NCBI RefSeq assembly: GCF_009914755.1
Contig: NC_060947.1
Length of the DNA stretch: 64,000 bases
Direction: 5' to 3' (one strand)
Source of the DNA: the human T2T-CHM13v2.0 reference genome, Homo sapiens
Position numbers and translations under genes: made by a program. A model generated the notes under the pieces. The model worked only from the letters and a program-made list of their open reading frames with translations, had not been told where the DNA came from and searched no databases. This document shows, piece after piece, positions 24,764 through 39,426 of the stretch (position 1 is the first letter of the stretch; each line of letters opens with the position of its first letter).

Positions 24764-27274
24764 GTGACAGTTGTTTTCAAATGCATTAGCCCATCCAATT
24801 TGAAGAGCATCCTGTAAAGGTCAGCAGAAAGAGTTCACCTTCTTCACTCCATAGCATTTACTGCACTTCCTTTTGCAGTGCCATCTGTCATCTCAGGAGG
24901 CCGAAGATTTCCTCCTTCCATCTGATGCAGGGGCAGAATTTTGCTCAGAGTCTTTGATACCTTCCACATAACCATTCTTGCCTGAACACCTGTACAGGCA
25001 CCACTAGTCACACTGAAAGCCAGTATGTTCCTGGGGAGAGATGCCAGACAGGAGGCAGTGGAAGGCTGATTAATTATTCTTTTCAAATTCTAGCTGGCAT
25101 GTCAATCATGGAACCATTTTTCACCTCCTGGGAGAAGCCCAGGGTTTGTAGGAATTCAGACTCAGTTGATCGCTGTTCCTCTTAGAATTCTTATGAGGGG
25201 ATGGAAGTTTTGAGCACCTAAGAAAGCCTGTCCCTGTGTTTGCCCGTTCAGTCCCCAGGTTCAGATAAGAAGGTCATTAAAATAAAACTGCAAATATGCT
25301 AGTGACTGGACAAACTCTCTGTCTACCTTCAGGCCTGTACCCTAAGAACCAGGAAATTATGTTTCAAATCATACTCTACTTGCAGCCCACTGGGAAAACA
25401 AACAGTATGCAGAGGATTTCCCAGAGGGAATACCAAGCGTCTAAAGTTGCAGTCCAGGGTGGCTGTGGCTGTGAGACAAGACCAAGGGTGTGTGGTGGCA
25501 GAGTCAAGGGACTTTTGCAGGGGATAGGATTACTCCATGTCCCAGGGAGGGGAGGTGATTCTGCACAGCCTCCAGGGGAGGCAGCAGTGAAGACCGGACA
25601 GCAGGCCAGTTCCCCTAGTCAGAAGGGAGGGCACATGAGGGTGACTGAGAAAGGGTGCTGTGACACGAGAAACTGTCGGGGCCAGAAACAAATCCTGGGA
25701 GTGTACTTGTCCCATGTGCCCAGGAAGGACAGGAATGCAAGATGTGGATGAGCACTTGAAGCCTCTCCCACAACCTGATGAGCACCCATAGTAGGTGCTC
25801 AACAGAAAGCATTCAGCCATGAGCTCCCAGGGGACTTAGCACATGCCACCCCCTAATGGTGTTTGATTCTCATTGTCACCTTTGTAGACCTGCTTTTAGT
25901 ACCTTGGTCTCAGGGTTCTTTCTGTCACCTGAGAGACATGGCGCAGTGCTGAGAAGATGCAGTCAGGAGATGGGGCTCAGGCTGGGGGGAGGGGGAACAG
26001 CATAGGCTCTGGAGGAATTCAGACCAGGGGTCTTTCCAGCCCTGTCCCTTAGTAGCCACGGGATCCTGGGAAATACCCAAGCCCTGTGAACCTCAAGCTC
26101 TACGTCTGTGAAGCAGGTGTGACAAGTCCTTTCCACTAGGACTGTTGGAGTGTGTGCCATGCAAGTGAAGCACCTAGCTCAGGGCCTGGCGTAAATTACA
26201 AGTTTAAAGAACGGCGAATGGCTGTTTTTTCCTATATTATTTTACCCCAGGCCTTAACACTCTGGGATTTTGTTGTTGTTGTCATTGTTCTCCAGGACTT
26301 ATCAGATAATATACAGCTTGGTAAGACATGGAATAATCAGTCAAAGAATGAAGTTTCATCTATAAAATTCAGTAAATATTTCCTCTTAGAGGACATACTT
26401 CAAACTTTGGTTGTTGGGGAGTTTTCCCAAGCCAGATGCAGCTCACAGCTCCTAGAATTTGAGTCAAGGACCAACTCCTTCCTTCTCTGCCCGCTGCTTT
26501 TCCATCCAAACCACTATTTTTTTTTCATTTCATTGCCACCCAAAATCTAGCCGTTGCTAAAATTAGCCAAATGGCACTTGAGATGACCTAATTAGAATGT
26601 CATTTTAATAGAGTCAGCTTTGGCTCCCAGCCAGGCAGAAGAGTACCTGTCCAGTGGCTTCTGGGCCTCACTTCCAGGGATATTCACCCTTATCTCTCAG
26701 AAAACACTTGCAGGTGATGCGTATCCATCACCTAGCTCTTGTGCTGTGTTCCACCTCACTGGAACAGGAGCACAGAATGCTTTCCATTCCTGCCCCAGAT
26801 GGAAACTCCTCTCTGCTTTATCCACTATTCAAAAGGAACTGCTGAGCAGTTTTCTATTCCAGGCTTTTCTCTCATGCCTGAGAATCTGGCTCTGGCACCA
26901 CACAGCTTCATTACAATTAGCTCCCCGAGAAGGAACTACAGTTTCCCAAAGTCCAAAAGGTTTTGGCTCAGGGCATGTACACTCAACTATTAATACTCTC
27001 ACCTGTTGCTCCACACCCTCACCGCTCTCTTATTTTCCCTCCAGATCTTAGAAGACATCTAGCCACTTTAATTATGTGACTGCAGATCCTAGACTCTACC
27101 GCCCTAAGGTTAGGGGTGGATGTGGCTTACCTTAGCATCTCTACTATTAACCTAAGCCTTCCAAATAGCAGATGCTCAATGAATCTTTTGAGAAAAAATG
27201 AGCCAGTGAGCAGGGGGACCTAATTATTCATATGTAATTCTCTTGCATGATCAAATAAGCCAAGCAAATCTGGT

Positions 27275-30200
27275 AAGACTTCAGGATAGTGGGTTCCCTC
27301 CTGGCCCAGGACAGGTCTAAAAATGCCGTCCAAAAGCCAAGTTCTGAAATCAAGAACCCCAAAAGACAGCTTGGTTGTCTTCTCCACTGTGGGTTCTAAG
27401 GGCCCTCACTGAAACCAGTTATGTGAAACCACCTGGTAGTTTTCCTGAACCAAATCTTGTGGAAAATAAACTTATTAGGCTGTCCGCCAGGCACAAGAAT
27501 TACCCTGTGAAAGGCATACTGGAAAACCTACCATCAGCTCCCCTCCATCTCCAGTTAGGTCAGCCTCACCAGATATTCTGGTACTAGAACTTCAGTTTGG
27601 CTGGGGGCTCTGAAAACAGCCCCTTAGGCAGGCTTCCCATGAGCTAAACCAACTGAAACTGAGCAGACCAAAGAATGAGCCAGATGAGGAATCTACCCAT
27701 TCTAACCAACCAGCCTGTTTGTCTTACTCATCCACGTACAAAAGAAAGTGTTAGCAGCTGCACAGAGTCCTTCCTGTTGAGCTAGAAGGTTGCAGTTCCA
27801 TGATCTAGTATCCCATCACGGGCTAAACTGAGGCAGGGAGTGAGGCCAAGTGGATCTTGAAGTCTGACTATAAAAGGGATCCCTAGCAAAGTTTAAACAA
27901 ACAATTGCATCAAGGATGTTTCTAAATTTAGCCACTGGGTGGATTAAAGAATGTCTTGGGTCATGTAAAGATATGGGCTTGGCATGGGATATCCAATGTT
28001 CTATGGAAGCTGATCATTGTAAAATTCTAACTACATGTCACCCTGGACCCACACAGGTCTGAACTGCATGGGTCCACTTATGCATGGATTTTCTTCTGCC
28101 TCTGCCATCCCTGAGACAGCAAGAACAAGCCCTCCTTTTCTTCCTCCTCCTCAGCCTATTCAATGTGAAGTTGATGAGAATGAAGATTTTTATCATTATC
28201 CACTTCTACTTAGTGAACAGTAAATATGTTTTCTCCTCTGTATGACTTTCTTAATAACCCTTTCTTACCTCTAGCTTTCTTTATTGTACAAATATAGTAC
28301 ATAATACACTTAAAACACAAAATATGTGTTCATCCATAATATTTCCAGTCAACAGCAGGCTAATAGTAGTTATGTTTCTGGGGGTTCAATGTTTATACAC
28401 AGATTTTTGACTGCATTGGGAGTCGGTCCCCTTAACCCCCACCTCGTTCAAAGGTCTAGCATACAGGTGTTATCTTGCCAAGTGAAAGAGGGAAGCATAA
28501 GCAAGAAAAAATTAAGAGGGATAAGGATGTCATTGTGAAAGGGAGTCTTGTTTCAACATCTTCAGAGAAGCTGTCTACAGGATGAAGTCATCGAGTTCTC
28601 ATTCTGGCTTATAGCTTGAAAGTCTGCTTATGGCTTCAGGCATTGTGGTGAACTCTCTGAGTGGCTCACACATCAGGCGGGAGGGTTGTTTGTTGACGTT
28701 TACATGAGATGTTGAGCTGCAGCTTACAGAGGACCTGAGCAGTTCCCGTTAGTATGAGACTTGCAGCCAGATAATGGAGAAAATTAGAACAATTTAGAAT
28801 CATGTATGGCCTGCAATTAGACTCGAAAACAACGAACAGAGCTACAAGCTAATAACAAGTATACCATAGTTTTTTTAATTTTCCTGAAACTTAATTTTTC
28901 TCTCTTCTGTCTGCATTTCTATCAAAGATAACTAGAGTAAGACTATTTTGATAAAAAAATAAGTTTAGTCTCATCAAACTTAGAATGATTACTTATGTAA
29001 GTGCAGCAAGGATCCATTAGCCACATAGGCTCTTTTAAAGTTTGCTTTGTTGGAACTTTTAGGGAGGATTCTCAGATTTCAGTTTTCAAAGCCTCTTTAT
29101 GCTAGGAAGCCAAACCAAGGTGGACTTCAGACTTTGTCTGCTGCACCTATAGATTTGGGTGAATTTCTCTCTTCTCGGGGTCCCCCAAATATTTTGAGGT
29201 TCCTGGGCTTTCCAGGAAGTGACTTTTTTTCTCACTATAAATCTGGGAACACTTAAAGCCATACATTCTATGGACGTTCTCAAACATGGTATCGCAGTGA
29301 CAACCTGGGTAGTATAACTAGTATTCCCAGTTGCATCCTGTTATAAAGAGAGCAGACTGTGATTGAACTTATGCAAACAACTTTGCCATAAAATCCAGAA
29401 CACCCACAAATTGTCTCTGGGAGGCAAGTTTTACAAAAACCTTTTTTAGAAATTTGTGCACATGAATAGGCATCCATGTGGGGGCCTATTTCAGAGGGCC
29501 TAATTTTTAAGCACATTTTTGGGATGAACAGTATTGTTCATCTGAAATGTTTCACATGATGGCCATTGTAAGTCTAAATTATCCTTATGAAGATTGCACC
29601 TTTTTGAAAAGGTTTGCTGATTCTGCTGCGTAATACTTACGCATATAGAAAGCAGGCATAGCCAGAAGGTGGAGTACACAGTTGTCTGGAAAGCAAGGAT
29701 CCCATTTTTATGTTGATTCAGAGATAAGATCAAAGTCTAAGAAGGAAATGCCACGGGATTGGGTCCTGGTTTGCTTTCCAGTGAACCTTGCTGCATGGAT
29801 GCTGTCTTGAGGCTGACGGTGACATGGTATTTAACTTATTTGTTTCATGACCAGCTGATCCTAACACAGACGTCTTATTTTTAGGTGGCGAGTGCTCTAA
29901 TCGCTCCTAAGTGCCTAAACTGGAGCCACCAGTCAGTCATGGCTATGGCTCTGAGCTTCCCCTGACTAACGTAGCCAGTGAATCTCTCCTACCGAAGCAT
30001 ACAAGCAAAAGAAACTGGAGAACCCACATCCCTGCAAATTTCCAAAAGCCAGAGTCACACACTGCATGTGATAATCTGCTCCTGCCATCAGTTACCTTTA
30101 AAACTACATGTATTGTCAGTGACTTGTTAGCTCCCACAAACCCCCAGGTCATGTTCTCTCTCACAGGACAAATGAATCCTGGAATCAAGAGCCAAAAGAG

Positions 30201-30370
30201 TCAGGGGACTCAATGCAAAAATCTGACCCGAGAGGAAATTAGAACACTTGTGTCTCTGTGAGGGTGAGAGGGGCCTCCAAAGCTGTCAGTGGCATCTTCC
30301 CTGCATTTGTCAAGGAGTCTCCAGAGACATCAGCTGTGTCTTTTGTGTCCCTTCATGGGTTGCCAGAAAC
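27275..30370 (-). mobile_element. ERV1 (MER4-group) internal sequence, 3'-truncated
   Basis: Abuts the LTR at 30371 through a PBS-like TGGCAACCCATGAAGGG (minus strand). MER4-group internal wording. No second LTR at the left end. Confidence 0.65.
28034..28462. mobile_element. Tigger2-derived MITE (MER28/Tigger2a-like)
   Basis: 'gaactgcatgggtccactta', 'cccctgagacagcaag' and 'aagttgatgagaatgaaga' segments. Degenerate TIRs. Confidence 0.7.
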
Positions 30371-30820
30371 TGCCAAGAGAATAAATGACATCAAATACGA
30401 TTTGAAGATCGAGCTGGCTTTTAAAGTTTTTTCACAATACTAGAATTGGACAACACAACATTCTATAAAATAAAATGAGTGTTCCAGTGAACCGAGCAGA
30501 GGAGGTTGGCTTCATAGGCAGAACAGTGCTAAAGAAAGCAGAAATAAGAAAAAAAAATAGAAAGAAAGAAAGCAGATTGGTCATTTCAAATTTACTTTCC
30601 ACTTAGGGTTAAAGAAGAGGAGACTTCCTTACTATGCTGACTCAGGTTAATTGGAAGATTCTGCACTTTTTTTTTTTTAATTGGCCCCTTGGAAAGCCCT
30701 GGATGCTTACGTGGCACTCAGCACAAGTGACCATGTTCTGGTTGGGTGTGGTCAGCTGGGGCTTAGGACAGGAGGCTAGTTCACAGAAATGGCCTCCCCT
30801 CCCCTGAAGGTTGTTTCACA
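30371..30820 (-). mobile_element. MER4-group (MER31/MER67-like) 5' LTR of the ERV at 27275-30370
   Basis: TG...CA ends on the minus strand. Homologous to 34064-34506 and 12425-15678. Confidence 0.7.
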
Positions 30821-30879
30821 CAAGCCCCTGAATTAATGAGTCTTTCTAAAGGAGGCTGTGCTAGCTTTCCTAAACAGAA

Positions 30880-32050
30880 CAGTTTCCCCCTTTTCAGTTG
30901 TTCTTGAAGAGTTTCCATATTTTGACTTACAGTACTTACCTATTCTTGGATATTATCCACTTTTTCCATTAGGGCCCACAGCGTGTTACTCATACTTGTC
31001 TTAAATTCCCAGTCAGATCATTCCAACATCTCTATCATATCTGAGTCTGTTTCTGATACCTGCTCTTTGTCTTCACACTGTGTGTGTGTGTTTTTTTTTT
31101 TTTTTTTGTCTATTAGTATGCTTTGAAATTTCCTTTTGCAAACTTGCCACGATGTGTCAGATGAAAAGAATGGAGTTAAATAGGCCTTTAGTGTGAGGTT
31201 TACCTTCATCTGGCTGTGTTTACTGTTTGCTGTAGCTGTAGGTGTCAGAGGCTAAACCTCCCTGTGGTGTCCTTCACTTTTCCTCCTTGGCTGTGTTTGG
31301 TTTTCCTTGGAGACCTGCTCACTATGGTCTGGCACTCACAGTTCTTTCAGTTTCATTCCCCAGTTGATGTGGCAGTGAGCTGCAGAGGGAGGGGAAGACT
31401 TCTATCCTCCTATGACTACATGGCAGGCTTGAGTCAGTGTACACCGGGCTGTGGCTTTCACTAGTGCTTCTCAGTTTTGTTTTGTTTTCTCCTTGGACAG
31501 ACATTAAGGGGCCAGAATGTTGTAGCTGGGTGTTTTCCTTACCCAGTGTTGATGAGAGTCTAGAAAAAAACCAAGTAGGACAGACTCTGGTAAAACAGTT
31601 TCTCTTGAGGGCAGACCCTCGTTTGAAGAACAGAATACTCTGGGCATATTTTCGAATGACTCCTTTCTCCCTCTGGTCCTCACTGGGGGAACCTGATAGG
31701 GCTCCCAGAGGTGAAACTCTGGAAACTGTGGTAGCCTTCTGGATGGTGCCCCCAGGAGTTTTTAGTTCTCAAATTTGTCCATAGTGAGCCCTCCACCATT
31801 CGTCTTATAAAGATGAGGTTTTCGTATCCTGGTCCTTGTTTCTGGGCATTCAGCTCCTGAGCTTCTGCTCTCCAAAGTTGTGGCTGACTGTATCTACTGT
31901 CTCTTCCGTTTTGGGTCAGCAATCAGCCCTATGGCCTCAGCTCTCTGAGGGATCAGAGAAAAGTTGTTGTTTTCCAATTTGTTCAGCTTCTTATCTTGTT
32001 TGCGTCAGAGGCAGAGAGCCATCTAGCTCCTTACATACCCGAGTGAACAT
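30880..32050 (-). mobile_element. Old L1M 5'/ORF1 fragment
   Basis: 'ttccaacatctctatcatatctgagtctgtttctgat' and 'aggcctttagtgtgaggtttta'. Confidence 0.55.
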
Positions 32051-32093
32051 AAGCATTTAAGAAAATTGGAAAACTTTTTTAAACATAGCAGTT

Positions 32094-32600
32094 TTACATA
32101 GGTATACATGTGGCATGGTGGTTTGCTGCACCCATCAACCTGTCATCTACATTAGGTATTTCTCCTAATGCTATCCCTCCTCTAGCCCCCCACCCCCTGA
32201 CAGGCCCCAGTGTATGATGCTCCCCTCCCTGTGTCCATGTGTTCTCATGGTTTAACTCCCACTTATGAGTGAGAACATGCGGTGTTCGGATTTCTGTTCT
32301 TGTGTTAGTTTGCTGAGAATGATGGTTTCCAGCTTCATCCATGTCCCTACAAAGGACGTGAACTCATCCTTTTTTATGGCTGCATAGTATTCCATGGTGT
32401 ATATGTGCCACATTTTCTTTATCCAGTCTATCATTGTTGGACATTTGGGTTGGTACCAAGTCTTTGCTATTGTGAATAGTGCCGCATGGCACGTGGATAC
32501 CTATGTAACAAACCTGCACGTTCTGTACTATGTAACAAACCTGCAGGTTCTGCACATATACCCCAGAACTTAAAATGTAATAATAGTAATTTAAAATTAA
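32094..32600. mobile_element. L1PA 3' end with 5' inversion
   Basis: Minus-strand L1PA 3' UTR (32094-32485) joined to the plus-strand terminal ~110 nt with an A-rich tail. Confidence 0.8.
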
Positions 32601-33471
32601 AAGAGATTCCCTGGAAAAAAAATCCCATCTCAATCACTTTGCTCTTTTAGTATCACTTCTTGTGTGCCCTTTCCTCCTTTCCAAATAATCATTTGAGGCC
32701 CAGCTGATACAGCATATTATCCTCAAAGGCTTTGTTGACTCCAGCTACACTGTAGATTCTGTACTATACATTCTTGATTTTTTTTACCAAAAAAAAACCC
32801 AAAAAACAAAAACAAAAACAAAATAGCCATTTTAATAAAATTAAAAATGAAATGCTTTGGTATATATCTAACAAAACATGTACATATCAGGATGGTGAAA
32901 ACTACAAAATGCTGATGAAAAATTCAAAGAAGGCCCAACTAAATAGACATAGCATGTACATTCACTGGAAGACTCAGTGAAGATATGTGATCTGTAACAA
33001 AGCGATCCATAGATCCAATGTAACTCCAGTAAAATACCAGCAAGCTTTTTTGTACTTGTACACAAGCTGATTCAAAAAGCATACGGAAAGGTAAAGGTTT
33101 TGAAATAATTAAAACAATTTTCAAAACACAGAGTAATTGCACAAATCGTACCACTCAATTTTAAGATTTAGCATAAGCCTAAAACAATCAAGTCATTATG
33201 GACTTTTCTAAGGGATACACGTATAGATTAATGGATTAAAACAGAGAATCCATAAATAGATCCACGCGAATATAGCAATGGAGGTTTTAGAAAGGGGTAA
33301 AGACAATTTATTGGAAAAATATTAGTCTTTTCAATTAGTGGTATTGGAACAACTGAACATCCATGTGTTATAAAAAAGACTTGACCAAAACCTCACATGT
33401 TATACAAAAATTAACTCAAAGTGGATTACAGATCCAAATGTTACATGAAATACTATAAAACTTTTAAAGAA

Positions 33472-33955
<484 letters not shown>

Positions 33956-34063
33956 CTAAAAAGCCAAACGAAGTATTCACAAGTATTTGCAAATCATATA
34001 TACACCAAAGGCCTTTTATGAAAATTGTATAAAGATTCCCAAAATCTCAAAACTTAGAACACA

Positions 34064-34506
34064 TGTCAAAACACAAAGTTTCACCAAATTTTGTTCAAAG
34101 ATCTAACTGGCTTTTCTTTATGATTCTTGAATGGGCATTTTTTCTCTCCGTCAACTTGAATGAGTGTCCCTATGTGCTGAGCAAAAGACGTTGGCTTATA
34201 GGCAGAAGAGGACGAAAAAAGTAGAAACAGGGAACAAAAGGTGGTTTGGTGATTTCAAAGTTGATTTCCTTGTAGGATTAAAGCAGAGAAAACTTTCTTA
34301 TCGTGCCTGCTCAGGTACGGTGGGCTCCTCGTTATTGGTTGCTGTGACTATTCTGTTTTTAGTTTTTTGAGAACTGGCCCGTTTCAATGTTCACTTTGAT
34401 GAATGGCAATTAGTACAAGGGACACTATTCTGATTTTGTCTGTTCTGCTGGGGTCTGGGGCCAGAGATTAGGGCAAAACAATGGCCTCCCATGAGTTCAT
34501 TTAACA
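34064..34506 (-). mobile_element. Solo MER4-group (MER31/MER67-like) LTR
   Basis: Minus strand starts TGTTAAATGAACTCATGGGAGGCCATTGTTTTG. Homologous to 30371-30820. Confidence 0.7.
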
Positions 34507-36064
34507 CAAACAACCACATTTTTTAGAAGGGCAAAACATATCAATAGACATTTCACCCAAAAGGACATACGCATGACAAATAAGCCCATGAAAAACTATT
34601 CTACATCACAGCTATTAGAGAAATGCAAATTAAACCATGATCAGATGCCATAACACATATTTGAAAATGACTGAAATTTTTAACGAGATACTTGTAAGTG
34701 CTAACAAGGATGAAGAACAACTTGAAATTTCATACATTGCTAGTGGCAGTTATGAAACGGGACAACTGCAGAAAATGATTTGGTAATTACTTATGAACAC
34801 ATGCCATGTGACTCAGCGATTTCATCTAAGGGAAAAAGAAAAATTTATGTTCACACAAAAGCCTATGTACGTGAATGTTTATAGCAGCTCCAGTCATATT
34901 TGCCAAAACCTGGAAATTATACAAATGTATTTCCATGGGTAAATGGGAAATGAAATTTTGGGGCATCCTTACTTACTATGAAATACTTCTCAGCAATGAA
35001 AAAGAATGAACTACTGATACACACAACAATGTGTTTCAAACTCGAAGGTGTTTTGCTGTGTGAAAGGAGCCAGTCTCAACCAGTTACATATTCTATTATT
35101 CTGTTTACCTGGCATTCTTGAAAGAGAAAACTGAAACGATGGAGTACAGATGAGTGGCTGTCAGGGTTCGGCGCGCAGTGGTGGGTACAGCTATAAATGA
35201 ATTGCACATGGAGGGGGTTTCTTTTGGGGAGAAGACGTAATAATCTTAACTATTAATTCACCTAAAAGCAGAGCTTCAAAATGCAAGAAACTACATCTGA
35301 TAGAACTGCAAGGATAAATCGCCAAATCTACAATGATATTTGGAGATGGCAACAGTCCTCTCCAAGTAAATGATTGAAGTAGACAGAAATTCTGCAAGGG
35401 TGTAGGAGGAGCTGAACAACAAAGAACAAATGTGAGCTGATTAGATTTTAGTGAGCACTCCTCAGAACGACGGTAGATTATATGGTATTTTCAAGTGTGT
35501 GTGGAATTTTTACCAAAAGAGACCAGAAAACAACCCATAAAAAATTTAAAATAATTGGAATTGTACAAAGTATCTTTTTAAAATCTATAATGGAATGTAA
35601 TTCAAAATATAACAAAGGAAATATCTGTAAAGTCCTTAAGTATTTTTAAAATAAACAACACATTTTTACTAATCCATGTTTAAAAAAATTCTTGAGGAAG
35701 GTTAGAAAATATTTTCAAATAAATAAAAATGGAAATGTGATGTTTTAAAATATCTGCAATTTAGCTAAAATGTGCCTAGGGGACATTTTATGTACTGAAA
35801 TGTTTATATTAGAAAGTAATAAAAGACTCAAATATGTATATTTTGATCTCAAATAGCTAGAAAAGGAAAAGGAAATTAAACCTAAGGTGAGCAAAACGAT
35901 GGGGATAATATAGACAAGAAGAGAAAAATTAATGAAATTGAGATTTCAGAAGTTTTAGAAAAACAATAAATAATACTGATGGAATCAAAAGTTAGATCTT
36001 TAAGTAGATCAGACAAGCCGAAAGGCCCGAAGTCAATCTGAGAAATTTAAAACACATGGGTTTG

Positions 36065-36405
<341 letters not shown>

Positions 36406-36548
36406 CTAGAAGTAGAGGACACTTTACAGAAACTATTAACTGTTGTGACAACAACAATGTTTCTTAGAGAAGTTTCTGAGAAGACCAGATTTGCCTTGAA
36501 ATGCTCGACGTGTCTGCTATGTTACAGATGCTTTCAAACGTATTAACC

Positions 36549-36989
36549 CAGGGGTCCCCAACACCCCCGGCCATGGATAGGAACTGGGCTGCACAGCAGG
36601 AAGTGAGTGGTTGGGCAAGCAGGTGAAGCTGAACTCCACCTCCTGTCACGTCAGTGGCGACATTAGATTCTCATAGGAGCGGGAACCCTATTGTGAACTG
36701 CACACGTGAGGGGTCTAGGTTTTGTGTTCCTGATGAGAATCTAACGCTTGATGATCTGTTACTGTCTCCCATCACCCCCAGATGGGACCATCTATTTGCA
36801 GGAAAACAAGCTCAGGGCTCCCACTGATTCTGCACGACGGTGAGTATGCAATAATAATAGAAATAAAGTGCGCAATAAATGTAATGTGCTTGAATCATCT
36901 TGAAACAATGCCCCACCCCCACCCCGTGCTCATGGAAAAATTGTCTTCCAGAAACCGGTCCCTGGTGCCAGGAAGGGTGGGGATCACTG
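36549..36989 (+). mobile_element. MER1 (hAT-Charlie) non-autonomous DNA transposon
   Basis: CAGGGGTCCCCAAC ... GGGGATCACTG TIRs. 8-bp TSD (T/C)ATTAACC at 36541-36548 and 36990-36997. Confidence 0.9.
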
Positions 36990-39420
36990 CATTAACCCAT
37001 CTGATTTGAAGAGGATCCTGTAAGGTCAGCATGGAGAGTTCACCTTGTACACTCCATAGCATTTTCTGCACTTCCCTTTGCCACACCATCTATCAGCTCA
37101 GGAAGCTGAGGATTTCCTCCTTCCATCTGATGCAGGGGCAGAATCTTACCCATCATCTCTGCTACCCTCCATATGACTGTTCTTACCTGAACACCTGTAT
37201 AGGTGCCACTAGTCACGCTGAAAGCCGGCATGTTCCTGGGGACAGATGCCAGACAGGAAGCAGTGAAAGGCTGGTTAAATATTCTTTTGAAACTCCAGCT
37301 GGCATGTTCGCCATGGAACCATTTTTCCCCTCCTGGGAGGAGCCCAGGGTTTGTAAGAATTCAGCTTCATGAAATGGCTGCTCCTCTTCTACCTCTTAGG
37401 AGGGGAATTTCTGAGCACCATCCGTCTGTTTGCGTGTTCTGTCCCCAGCTTCAGATAACAAACTCAATAAAATCCTACTACAAATATGCAACTGACTGCG
37501 AAAATACTCTCTCAATCCTGGGGGCTGCAACCCAACCAGGAGCTTATGGGTCAAATTGGACTCTTCTCACAGCCCACTGGGAATACACAGAGTAGAATTC
37601 TCCCAGGGAGGGAGGACCAAGTGTCTAAAGTCACCGTCCAGAATGGTTGCGGCTGTGGGACTGGACTAAGGGCGAGCCGTGCGAGAACCAGGGGACTACT
37701 TCAAGGGCTAGGAATGCTCCATGTTGCAGGAAGGGCAGGGGGGTCTGCCCAGCCTCCAGGGGGAGGCAACAGTGAAGAGCAAGCAGCAGGTCAGGTCGCA
37801 GAGTCAGAAGGGAGGAAACATGATAGTGACCGGGGAAGGGCACTGTGACACGGGAACGTGCTGATGCCAGACAGAAGTGCTGATTATGTATTCGTCCCTT
37901 GTGCCCAGGAAAGAGAAGATCAAAGATGTGGATGAGCATTTGTAGGCGCTCCTACAACCTGTTGCATAGTAGGTGCTCAACAGGCAGCACCCAGCAGACA
38001 GTTCCCAGGGGACCCCCGGCATGCCATCCCCAAATTGTATTTGATGCTCATTGGCACCTTCTTTAGGCCTGCATTTAGTACCTTGGCCTCAGGGTCCTTC
38101 TTTTTGTTGCCTGAGAGACATGATGCATTGCTGAGAAGAGGAATGAAGTGCCAGTGAGGAGGTCTGCCTCCGGCTCAGGGGAGTGGGAACAGCACGGGCT
38201 CTAGAGGAATTCAGATCAGGGATCCGGTTCCAGCTCTGTTCCTTACTAGCCACCTGATCCTGGGAAATACCCAAGTTCTGTGAGCCTCTGGTTCTTCATC
38301 TGTGAAGCAGGTATGATGAGGCCCTTCCACTAGGACGGTTAGAGTGCGTGCAATGTAAGTGAAGCATCTGGCTCAGGGCCTGGCATTAAGTTAGAAGTTT
38401 AAGGAATGGCGGATGGCTGTCATATCTAATACTATTTGACCCTAGACCCTAGCACTCTGGGATTTCGTAAATGTTGTTGTTCTCCAAGACTTACCAGAGA
38501 ATATACAGCTCAGTAGGACATGGGATAATCAGCCCCAACAGGAAGTTTCGTCAATAAAATTAAGTATTTCCTCTTAGCGAAGGTGCTTCAAAATTTGGGT
38601 GTGCTGCAGTCTTGCGCAGCTGAATGCAGCTCAAAGCTCCTAGAATTTGAATCGAGGATCAACTCCTTTCCTCTCTCCCACCTGCTTTTGGATCCGAGAC
38701 TCTGTTTTCACTTATTTTGTTAACACTCGAAATCTAGCCTTTGCTCACAATTGGTCAAATCCCACCTGAGATAACTTGATTAGAATGCCTTTTAAATACG
38801 ATCAACTCTGGCTCTCCCAGACAGGCAGAAAAGCACCTGGCCAATGACTTCTGGGCTTCCCTTCTGGGAGATTCACCCTCATCTTGCAGGAAACCCTTGC
38901 AGATGATAGGTATCCATCACCTAGCCCCTGCACTGTGTTCAAGCGCACCGAGACAAGAGCGCGGGACGATTTCCTTCTATTCCTGCCCCAGGTGGAGACT
39001 CTTCTCTGTTCATCCACTATCCAAAAGGAACTGCTGAGCAGTCGTCCATTCCAGGCCTTTCTCTCATCCTCTGAGAATCTGGCTCTGGCACCACCCAGCT
39101 TCAATAGAATTACCTCCCCCAGAAGGAACTGCAGTTTCCCAAAGCCCAAAGGGCCCTGGCTCAGGGCATATACACTCGACTGCTGTCATCTAGAGCCCCA
39201 AACCCTCACCCATGTTTTATTTTCCTCTACTTCTTAGAGGACATGGCACCACCTTAATTTTAGGATTGTAGCCCCTAGACTTCACCACCCTATGGCAAAG
39301 GGGTGGGTCTGGCTTACCGAGCATCTCTACTACTAACCCAGGGTGTTCCGAATAACAGATGTTCAGTGCGTGTCTGAAGAAAAAATGAGCCAGTGAACAG
39401 GAAAAATTATTCTTTCAATT

Positions 39421-39426
39421 TTTATT
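39421..39426 (-). terminator. MAGEA9B polyadenylation signal
   Basis: TTTATT on the + strand, ~560 nt downstream of the stop. Confidence 0.75.

Noticed and set aside
25296-27051. ORFs of 130-150 aa, and their look-alikes at 37486-39237, as a conserved gene pair
   Set aside because: The similarity comes from the DNA-level duplication. Starts, stops and frames are not preserved between copies.
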